From Candidatus Poribacteria bacterium (GTDB lineage Bacteria > Poribacteria > WGA-4E > PCPOR2b), in assembly GCA_965208675.1 (NCBI GenBank), contig OZ242351.1, positions 2,080,001-2,144,000 of the forward strand: 64,000 nt of DNA, in the 5' to 3' direction. Shown piece by piece: positions 30,567-37,908 of the stretch; the stretch's first letter is position 1, and every line of letters begins with the position of its first letter. The position numbers and the translations under genes were made by a program. The notes under the pieces were generated by a model. It was given only the letters and a program-made list of their open reading frames with translations, ran no database searches and was not told the origin of the DNA.

Positions 30567-31358
30567 ATGAAGCTAATTAAACTGTGTGTCATTTGTATTC
30601 CGTTTCTGTTATCTGCAGCCGGATGCGCAAAGCCAAAGTCGTCCGACTACCCCATAATCAGTCCGGATAAGGTTGTCGCCATGTGGCTTTTTGACGAAGA
30701 CCACAAAGAAATCGCCTATGATTCGTCCGGCAATGGACACGATGGGGCACTGATGGTGCGCACCACGCGAGTCCCCGGCAAGTTTGGCGCAGCTTTGCAA
30801 TTTGGTGGTGCGGGCGATGTCGTCGTCGTCCCCGATTTTGGTGAGTCCGTACCCAGCAGCGAAGTAACCGTGGCGGCATGGATCAAACTTGAAGAGATCA
30901 AAAATCACGACCTTTTCAGTTTGGTTCCCATTAGCCGCGTTGGTCATTGGAGACCCGACATCGTCGATCGCTTTACCGTGCACTTCCCGTGGAATAGGCC
31001 CCATCCGAACACCATTCACTGGCAATTTGGCGGGGAACAGATTTGGATGCATCGACCCTCGGAAACTCTGGGCAGGTGGGAACATTGGGCATTTGTAAGC
31101 AGCGCCAGCCAAAATTTCATGAAAATCTACAGAAACGGGTCCGAGGTGGCGTGGTATAAGAGTGCGGGCGAATATTCTCCCCGTACTGCGGAATTGCACA
31201 TCGGCGGGCGGCCTAGAGACTTATTGGGCGGCACTCCCGGAGGAACCTTTGGCGGTATTATCGACGAGTTCGCCGTTTTCAACGTTGCGCTAAATGAGCG
31301 CGAAATCGTATCGCTGATGGGCGGGATTCGAAATACCGTCTCGCCGATGAAACCGTGA
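30567..31358 (+). CDS. LamG domain lipoprotein
   Basis: AAGGAG RBS then ATG at 30567. Lipobox-like LSAAGC, WLFDE, DSSGNGHDG, GKFG.AL.F, GIIDEFAVFN.AL. Confidence 0.85.
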   Translation: MKLIKLCVICIPFLLSAAGCAKPKSSDYPIISPDKVVAMWLFDEDHKEIAYDSSGNGHDGALMVRTTRVPGKFGAALQFGGAGDVVVVPDFGESVPSSEVTVAAWIKLEEIKNHDLFSLVPISRVGHWRPDIVDRFTVHFPWNRPHPNTIHWQFGGEQIWMHRPSETLGRWEHWAFVSSASQNFMKIYRNGSEVAWYKSAGEYSPRTAELHIGGRPRDLLGGTPGGTFGGIIDEFAVFNVALNEREIVSLMGGIRNTVSPMKP

Positions 31359-31470
31359 TGCGGGCTGGCGCGGTAGTTTTTGTAGGATCAAGTGACCGAA
31401 TAGGGAACGCGATAGTCTTGTAGTTCTTCTTAGAAGCCTTCTGCGATATTCTTCTCTGCCCATCAAATTC

Positions 31471-31500
31471 TCCCCCTTGCCAAGGGGGAGCGAGAGGGGG
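31471..31500. repeat. CCCCCTT-N-AAGGGGGAG palindromic repeat family (also 37551-37580, 37751-37780, and a disrupted copy at ~29036-29295)
   Basis: TCCCCCTTGCCAAGGGGGAGCGAGAGGGGG, CCCCCTTACCGAGGGGGAGTTAGAGGGGGT, TCCCCCTTTACAAGGGGGAGCTAGAGGGGG. Confidence 0.8.
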
Positions 31501-31649
31501 TCGGGTGAGTCTTTTAGTTCTTCACACCGGTCTCGGGCGATAACCTATCCTAAACTTCATCATCATCCCTCTCGTCCGTCCCTTTCAAACGAAACTCGAC
31601 TTGGATTTCACCATTTTAAATCCGGCACCGTACGAAAGGAGAGGTTAAA

Positions 31650-32429
31650 ATGAAGCTATATAAACTGTGTGTTATAGGTATTCCGTTTCTGTTATCTGCC
31701 ACAGGATGCGCAAAGCCGAAATCGTCCGACTACCCCATGATCAGTCCGGATAAGGTCGTCGCCATGTGGCTTTTTGACGAAGACCACAAAGAAATCGCCT
31801 ATGATTCGTCCGGCAATGGACACGATGGGGCACTGATGGTGCGCACCATGCGAGTCCCCGGCAAGTTTGGCACAGCTTTACAATTTGGCGACGACGGCGA
31901 TGCCGTCGTCGTCCCTGATTTTGGTAATTTTATTCCTAGTAGCGAAGTAACCGTGGCGGCGTGGATCAAACTTGAAGAGGTCAGGAATCAGGACCTTTTC
32001 AGTTTGGTCCCACTTAATCGAAGGGGTCATTGGCAAAGCGAGATAGATGATCGCTTCGCCGTGCACTTCCCGTGGAATACGCCCATGCGGAATGCTATTC
32101 ACTGGCAATTTGGCGGGGAACAGATTTGGATGCATCGACCCTCGGAAACTCTGGGCAGGTGGGAACATTGGGCATTTGTATGCAGCGCACGCCGAAATTT
32201 CATGAAAATATACAGAAATGGGTCCGAGGTGGCGTGGTATAAGAGTGCGGACCAATATTCTCCCCGTACTGCGGATTTGCACATCGGCGGGCGGCCTGCA
32301 TCCTTGTGGGGTGGTACGTTTGGCGGTATTATCGACGAGTTCGCTGTTTTCAACGTTGCGCTTAGCGAGCGCGAAATCGTAGCCTTGATGGGCGGAATTC
32401 GAAATACCGTCTCGCCGTTGAAACCGTGA
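31650..32429 (+). CDS. LamG domain lipoprotein, close paralog of 30567..31358
   Basis: Near-identical framework and 3' flank. Lipobox-like LSATGC. Confidence 0.85.
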   Translation: MKLYKLCVIGIPFLLSATGCAKPKSSDYPMISPDKVVAMWLFDEDHKEIAYDSSGNGHDGALMVRTMRVPGKFGTALQFGDDGDAVVVPDFGNFIPSSEVTVAAWIKLEEVRNQDLFSLVPLNRRGHWQSEIDDRFAVHFPWNTPMRNAIHWQFGGEQIWMHRPSETLGRWEHWAFVCSARRNFMKIYRNGSEVAWYKSADQYSPRTADLHIGGRPASLWGGTFGGIIDEFAVFNVALSEREIVALMGGIRNTVSPLKP

Positions 32430-32452
32430 TGCGGGCTGGCGCGGTAGTTTTT

Positions 32453-32550
32453 GTAGGTTGGGTCAAGCGATCAACTCATCGGATAAAACAAGCGACGGCA
32501 TAAGGAGTGCGATAGCGATTTTAGGCGATAGTTTTCTGCGAAACCCAACC
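32453..32550. repeat. REP-like element
   Basis: GTAGGTTGGGTCAAGCGATCAAC ... GCGAAACCCAAC. Confidence 0.7.
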
Positions 32551-32580
32551 CATCACTGTCCTTGATAAACCGCTGCGAAC

Positions 32581-33897
32581 TCATCGCAAATTGCCTCGCT
32601 TCAGCCAATTAGACATACTTCGATCCCACCTCCACGAGGACAATTCACCTTTATAACCAAATTCGTTCCGGTTGAATCCTAGCTTCACCCATTCCGAGCT
32701 GTCCGTGCTAAAGATACTGGCGACTCCCCCGTTTTCATTGACGCCGATCCCAGCTATCGAAAGCCCGTCCTTGCCAAAAGCAACGACACGCCCGCCGTGG
32801 TCGTCAGTACCCAGAACCGACTGCGATTCCCCGTCTTTTCCAAAGGCAGCAACCTCGCCGCCGTATTCTGCGATCGCTAACCCCGCCTTCGAAAACCCGT
32901 CCTTGCCAATAGCAACGACGCTCCCGCCATGTTCACCAATGCCTAGCGCCGCCCGCAATTCCCCGTCCTTGTCAAAGGCAGAAACACGCCCGCCGTATTC
33001 TCCAATTCCGAGCACCGCTCCCGATTTGCCGTCCTTGCCAAAGGCCGCAACACCCGTGCCGTGTTCTGTGCCCCCAAGCATCGCCCCCGATTCCCCGTCT
33101 TTTCCAACGGCATCAACGCTCCCGCCGTAATCTGTGATTCCCATCCCCGCCCGATATTTCCCGTCCTTGTCAAAGGCAACAACACTCCCGCCGTGTTCAT
33201 CAATACCGAGCACCGACTGCGATTTCCCGTCTTTGCCGATTGCGGCAACACTCCCGCCGTGTTCACGGGTAGCGAGCATCGCCCTCGGTTTCCCGTTTTT
33301 GCTTAAGGCAACTACGCGCCCGCCATGTTCATCAACACCGAGCCCCGCCCGCAATTTCCCGTCCCTGCCAGCGGCGGCAACACTCCCGCCGTGTTCATTA
33401 ACACCGAAAACCGCTCCCGATATCCCATCCTTGCCAAAGGCTTCAAAACTCCCGCCGTATTCTCCGATTCGGAGCCCCGCCATCGGCTTCCCGCCCTTGT
33501 CAAAGGCACCTACGCTCCCGCCGTTTTCATCAGTACCGAGAACCGCCTTCGATTTCCCGTCTTTGCCGATTGCGGCGACACCGCCGCCGTACTCTGTGAC
33601 TAATAACCCCGCCTTCGAAAACCCGTCTTTGCCAACGGCAGCAACGCCTCCGCCATGTTCAAGAACGACGAGGTTTATTACAGGAACACCCGCTTTATCA
33701 AAAACGACCACCTCGCCCCCGTCCTCAGACATCCCCAAGCTAACGACTGTCTTGCCCTCGTCGTCAACAATATTTAGCCGTTCACAACTAAACGTCTTTG
33801 CACTGTTCATCGTGCGGCTACACCCGCTCAACACTCCAGCACCTACAATCATGCCTCCAATCACCATAGTTGCCATTATCTCTCTCGTTACCTTCAT
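32581..33897 (-). CDS. Putative lipoprotein with ~16 tandem 22-aa Gly-rich beta repeats
   Basis: AGGAGG RBS, hydrophobic N-terminus ending VLSGC, repeat xV.AFGKDGK..A.LG..E(H/Y)GG. Confidence 0.8.
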   Translation of the reverse strand: MKVTREIMATMVIGGMIVGAGVLSGCSRTMNSAKTFSCERLNIVDDEGKTVVSLGMSEDGGEVVVFDKAGVPVINLVVLEHGGGVAAVGKDGFSKAGLLVTEYGGGVAAIGKDGKSKAVLGTDENGGSVGAFDKGGKPMAGLRIGEYGGSFEAFGKDGISGAVFGVNEHGGSVAAAGRDGKLRAGLGVDEHGGRVVALSKNGKPRAMLATREHGGSVAAIGKDGKSQSVLGIDEHGGSVVAFDKDGKYRAGMGITDYGGSVDAVGKDGESGAMLGGTEHGTGVAAFGKDGKSGAVLGIGEYGGRVSAFDKDGELRAALGIGEHGGSVVAIGKDGFSKAGLAIAEYGGEVAAFGKDGESQSVLGTDDHGGRVVAFGKDGLSIAGIGVNENGGVASIFSTDSSEWVKLGFNRNEFGYKGELSSWRWDRSMSNWLKRGNLR

Positions 33898-33930
33898 CGA
33901 ATGTCCTCCTAGAGTTTGTAGTTTGCGCTA

Positions 33931-34500
33931 CTACCGCCGATAACCGTTCTTATCCCACGTGTACACAGTACCGTTGCCGTATTCGTTGATGCCCATGCTA
34001 GCCCCGCCCTCGCTTTTACCCGTAACGTCTATACGACCGCCGTCCTCATCGATACCGAGTCCCACAAGCGATTTCCCATCCTTACCCCAAACGCCTATAT
34101 GGCCGCCGTTCTCAGCGCTACGGAGTCCCACAAGCGATTTCCCATCTTTACCCATAACGTCTATACGGCCGCCGTACTCATTGGTACCGAGGCCCGCACC
34201 CGGTTTCCCGTCTTTACCCTTAACAGTTATAATGCCGCCGTACTCTTCTTTGGTAAAGAGTCCCACAACCGGTTTCCCATCATTGCCACAGACGGCTATA
34301 TACCCGCCATCTTCCTCCGTCATAAGTACCACCAGTGGTCTCTCGCTGCCGTCTTTACTCACGACCGTCAACTTAGTACACTCAATCTCCCCTAACTTAT
34401 CCCGCTGCGCCGTTACCGGCGACACCAACAACGCCGTCAACAAACTCCCGATGACCCCGCCAACAATCCCGCTTAAAACCAGATAGTGTTTTGAATTCAC
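33931..34500 (-). CDS. Exported or membrane-anchored protein with ~6 of the same 22-aa repeats (likely GTG start at 34500)
   Basis: AAAGGAGG RBS before the GTG, N-terminal hydrophobic helix, RIDV.GKDGKSLVGL...E.GG repeats. Confidence 0.8.
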   Translation of the reverse strand: MNSKHYLVLSGIVGGVIGSLLTALLVSPVTAQRDKLGEIECTKLTVVSKDGSERPLVVLMTEEDGGYIAVCGNDGKPVVGLFTKEEYGGIITVKGKDGKPGAGLGTNEYGGRIDVMGKDGKSLVGLRSAENGGHIGVWGKDGKSLVGLGIDEDGGRIDVTGKSEGGASMGINEYGNGTVYTWDKNGYRR

Positions 34501-34637
34501 TGCAAATCCTCCTTTGTGGAATAACATTCCCTAGCGTCTGGCGTCCCGTTTGTTTTGACATTGTCTCGCCGCCGCCGTTGGCGCTGTTTGAAATCTCCCT
34601 GCGAAATTAGAAAGTTAGTTTTATCCGTCCACGCAAA

Positions 34638-34667
34638 ATTATACTATACAAATGTTTAGTCTGTCCA
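34638..34667 (-). promoter_or_regulatory. Putative promoter of the repeat-protein operon
   Basis: Minus strand TGGACA-18 nt-TATAAT. Confidence 0.5.
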
Positions 34668-34897
34668 CCAGATTTTCATTTTTTTTCGGCATCACTGTAT
34701 GCGGTGTCGCGTTCGTAAGTTGCGCAAAGTCTACGGTGCGATAACCAACCCTCCTTACCGCAAATTAAAAAACGCCCGGTGTAAATATTTTGTGTGTAAT
34801 GTAAAGTTTTTTCTTATTATTTAAAAAAAAGAGCCTACATGGCTATTTCATACACTATTAAATTGTCCAGTGTCTTACATTTTGAATGAAAACACCC

Positions 34898-34926
34898 TTG
34901 ACAGATCTCTTTCCATCGAGTATTAT
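34898..34926 (+). promoter_or_regulatory. Sigma70-type promoter facing the terminase genes
   Basis: TTGACA-17 nt-TATTAT with AT-rich upstream sequence. Confidence 0.7.
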
Positions 34927-34990
34927 ATCAACAGTAGCGTACGCGCCGGGTAACCGCGCCGCGATTTACAACTAAATATAAAACTATTCG

Positions 34991-35050
34991 AAAAGGCAAA
35001 CCCGCGAGGCAGCCTTATCAAGTGATGCTGAGGGTTTGCCTTTTTTTTTT
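34991..35050 (+). terminator. Intrinsic, possibly bidirectional, terminator
   Basis: AAAAGGCAAACCC ... GGGTTTGCC followed by T10, with an inner CAGC/GCTG stem. Confidence 0.7.
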
Positions 35051-35090
35051 GAATTGCGCATCGAGGTTTGGGCGGCATGTGCTAATCCAT

Positions 35091-35213
35091 GTATCTAGGT
35101 GGGAAAAGTATCTAGGTGGGGAAAAAACAATCCGTTGTAATTTGTAATTCGATAATCCGCTCTACGACTAGCATTCGGCGATCCCGAAATTACAACGTTG
35201 TAAGGCGTTGTAA
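35091..35213. repeat. Direct and inverted repeat cluster upstream of the terminase genes
   Basis: GTATCTAGGTGGG(G)AAAA twice in tandem. CGTTGTAA at 35133, 35196, 35206 and inverted at 35190. Palindrome TTACAACGTTGTAA at 35190-35203. Confidence 0.75.
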
Positions 35214-35250
35214 ATTTAATCATAACCAATCGCCTCGCTGAGGTCATAAA

Positions 35251-35814
35251 ATGTGCGATAAATCAACTTGGTTGGAAGCCTTGAAAGGCGAAGACATTCG
35301 AAAAAACATCGCCTACAACATTCAGCGGTACGGTACCAAAAATACCGTTGAAGCCATCTACGATGATCCGAACTTCGCGACTTGCAGAACCGGTAACGCC
35401 GCGCAGGATCGGCGCGCAATCCATAACGCAATCCAAGTCTGCAATCCCAAAAACCGAGACCGGTTCAACTCACAGAAATATGGCGCCGCCGTCGCGGACG
35501 CCGTCAGAGATCAGCTCGAATTCGCAGTCGCTGAACACCTGCCGGACATTGAACAGTCCCTCAAGCGCATGCGCGACGTTGACGACTTGGCTGTCACAGC
35601 AGAAAATATTGATGAACTTAAGCTGCTTAGATTGAGGTTGCAGATTCATGAGAAATATAGATCAGCCTTATTCTCCCTCACCGGGCCTATTCGCGTCTAC
35701 GAGCGCCAACCTGGCGACTCGGGCGCCGGTGCAGCCCGACCCCAAATTAATTCGGGAGATTCGGGCGAAAGACTCCCTGAGCCCCCGAAATCGTTACGAG
35801 TCGATTCGGAGTAA
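35251..35814 (+). CDS. Hypothetical helical protein, candidate terminase small subunit
   Basis: GAGGT RBS, 187 aa, directly upstream of and overlapping TerL. Assignment is positional only. Confidence 0.45.
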   Translation: MCDKSTWLEALKGEDIRKNIAYNIQRYGTKNTVEAIYDDPNFATCRTGNAAQDRRAIHNAIQVCNPKNRDRFNSQKYGAAVADAVRDQLEFAVAEHLPDIEQSLKRMRDVDDLAVTAENIDELKLLRLRLQIHEKYRSALFSLTGPIRVYERQPGDSGAGAARPQINSGDSGERLPEPPKSLRVDSE

Positions 35815-37537
35815 AGGCTTGATTCATAACAAGGAAGAACGTAAGCTAGTCGTCCACATGGCTTACATCGATCCGGAGTTCTTTGTCGAACGCTATCTGC
35901 TCGACCCGCACGACATGTCGCCGTTGCAGCCGCATCATGTCGAACTCCTAAACCTCATCCCGTATAATGAAACCGGCGTCAAAGTCAACGTCCAAGCGCC
36001 GCGCGGCTCAGCGAAGACAACCTGCTGCGCTATCTGGTACCCGCTCTGGAGAATCTGTTTCAAAGACTTTCAGCTCGCTGAAGGCGTTCCGGACGAAAAA
36101 TTTATCCTCCTAATCAGTCGAAACGAAGGAATGGCGCAAGGTATACTTCGTGACATCAAGGAACTAATGGATACACCGGGAATTGTCGAAGACTTTGGAA
36201 TTCTGCGCGGCCCCGTATGGAAAATGGATGAATGCGAGACCGCAAACGGCGTCACCCTCGTGCCCCGCGGACGTAACCAATCACCGCGCGGCTCGCTCGT
36301 CCGCGGCAAACGCCCGTCGCTGCTCATCGTCGATGACCTAGAAGACACCGAACGCTGCATGAACCCCAAGCTGCGTCAAAACGATTGGGATTGGCTGTTC
36401 TCGGATGTCATGTTTACGTCCGACATCAGCGGGAACATCAACTGTATCTACGTCGACACCGTCAAACACCCGGAAAGCATTTCCATGCGGTTGACCAAGA
36501 CGCCCGGATGGAAAAATGTCCACTTCAAAGCCATTAAAGAACCCGAAGACCTCTACCACCCGACCCACGAACATCTCTGGAAAGAATGGGCAGGAATTTA
36601 TGGAGACATGACGCTCAATGACGTAGAGCGAGACGCGAAGGCTGACGAATTCTATAACGCCCACGCTGCAGAAATGAACGCTGGCGTCATTGCGCTCTGG
36701 CCCGAACGGTTGCCGTTTCTCGAAGTCCGTAAGATGGTTGTTGAGCGTGGATATCACTTCTGTTTGAGGGAACTGCAAAATATCGCCCGCGATCCCAGTA
36801 TGTCGCTGTTTGATATGGAAAACGCCATGACGTTCCGGGTGCATGAGCGCGGCTTGTTACGGAAGGACGGTCGAATCGTCGAATGGAGCCAAATCAGCGG
36901 CTTCACCACCTACCTCGACACCATGGGCGGGCGCGACGTACCCGATAATTCGTACGCTTGTGCCGTCGTCCTCGCCTGGGAGCCGTTGCCGGGTGATAAC
37001 TGGTCCAACTCCAACTCGATGGCGGGTATGAACGGGTATGTCCTGCTCTGCTGGCTGGATCGTAAAGGGCTAACCGAACAGTTCGACTACGCCATCCAGT
37101 ACCACCAGCGCGCGCATGCCATGCTGCACAAAGCCGTGCCGGAATCCAAGTTTTTCGTTGAATTGCCGCCTGACAAAGATTACACCATCCGCAGCGCTTA
37201 CTATTCCGCATTCAATTCCATGCGGCAAAAGCACCGGTTCGAAACGCCATTGGGTTTCCATTCCCAAACGCAGAAGAAGGAGGCGCGTATCGAAACGCTG
37301 GAACCCTCGATAAAAAACGGCTGGCTCGCCTTCAACGGGGTCGGCCTTCCCGGCGAGTTCTGGCAACAGTTCCGCGAGTTCCCGACCGCCGATCACAACG
37401 ACGCCCCGGACGCCGTGCAGGGCGCGTGCCGCGCGCGTATCTACAAATCTGAACGAATCCGCAACGCTAGACGGTATCAAGACCCCGATCTCGAAGAATG
37501 GTACCGTGCAACCCGATACAGAACCGTGCGCTTTTAA
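35648..37537 (+). CDS. terL: Phage terminase large subunit
   Basis: Walker A APRGSAKTT, ILLIS, RG...RPSLLIVDDLED (Walker B), KKEARIETLEP.IKNG, C-terminal FP...HNDAPDA nuclease motif. GAGGT RBS before the ATG. Confidence 0.85.
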   Translation: MRNIDQPYSPSPGLFASTSANLATRAPVQPDPKLIREIRAKDSLSPRNRYESIRSKGLIHNKEERKLVVHMAYIDPEFFVERYLLDPHDMSPLQPHHVELLNLIPYNETGVKVNVQAPRGSAKTTCCAIWYPLWRICFKDFQLAEGVPDEKFILLISRNEGMAQGILRDIKELMDTPGIVEDFGILRGPVWKMDECETANGVTLVPRGRNQSPRGSLVRGKRPSLLIVDDLEDTERCMNPKLRQNDWDWLFSDVMFTSDISGNINCIYVDTVKHPESISMRLTKTPGWKNVHFKAIKEPEDLYHPTHEHLWKEWAGIYGDMTLNDVERDAKADEFYNAHAAEMNAGVIALWPERLPFLEVRKMVVERGYHFCLRELQNIARDPSMSLFDMENAMTFRVHERGLLRKDGRIVEWSQISGFTTYLDTMGGRDVPDNSYACAVVLAWEPLPGDNWSNSNSMAGMNGYVLLCWLDRKGLTEQFDYAIQYHQRAHAMLHKAVPESKFFVELPPDKDYTIRSAYYSAFNSMRQKHRFETPLGFHSQTQKKEARIETLEPSIKNGWLAFNGVGLPGEFWQQFREFPTADHNDAPDAVQGACRARIYKSERIRNARRYQDPDLEEWYRATRYRTVRF

Positions 37538-37908
37538 CCCGCAAAAATCTCCCCCTTACCGAGGGGGAGTTAGAGGGGGTTCGGTGCAACACATTGATGT
37601 AGGAGCGGCTTCCCAGCCTCGATTGTCAATTAGGCGATTCCTCCTCGCGCAAACATGAACCGACATGACGATAGAAGGGATTCGGTACAACTCAAATTTT
37701 CAGCCCAATTCTTAAATTAAACCCTCGCTGTGCCGGCAATCGCAAAATCCTCCCCCTTTACAAGGGGGAGCTAGAGGGGGTTGGGTTCAAGATTAAATCC
37801 GAGATCGAACCTTCAATTTAAGCCAGTATACTTGATGTCTCTCTGCCTTCACCCTTGACTTATGTTTAGCCACAATGCAATAATCTAGTAAAACCAATCC
37901 GAAAAACA

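Noticed and set aside
30567-32429. Diversity-generating retroelement TR/VR pair
   Set aside because: Differences are not adenine-specific, both copies are full genes, and no reverse transcriptase is present in the window.
32672-34486. Long plus-strand ORFs (32672..33130, 33134..33943, 33959..34486)
   Set aside because: Antisense shadows of the Gly-rich repeat genes, which have RBSs and export signals on the minus strand.
34991-35040. c-di-GMP-I riboswitch (GGCAAACC followed by a GCGA loop)
   Set aside because: Lacks the following GACGCAAA-type segment and second stem. GGCAAACCC pairs fully with GGGTTTGCC as a terminator.
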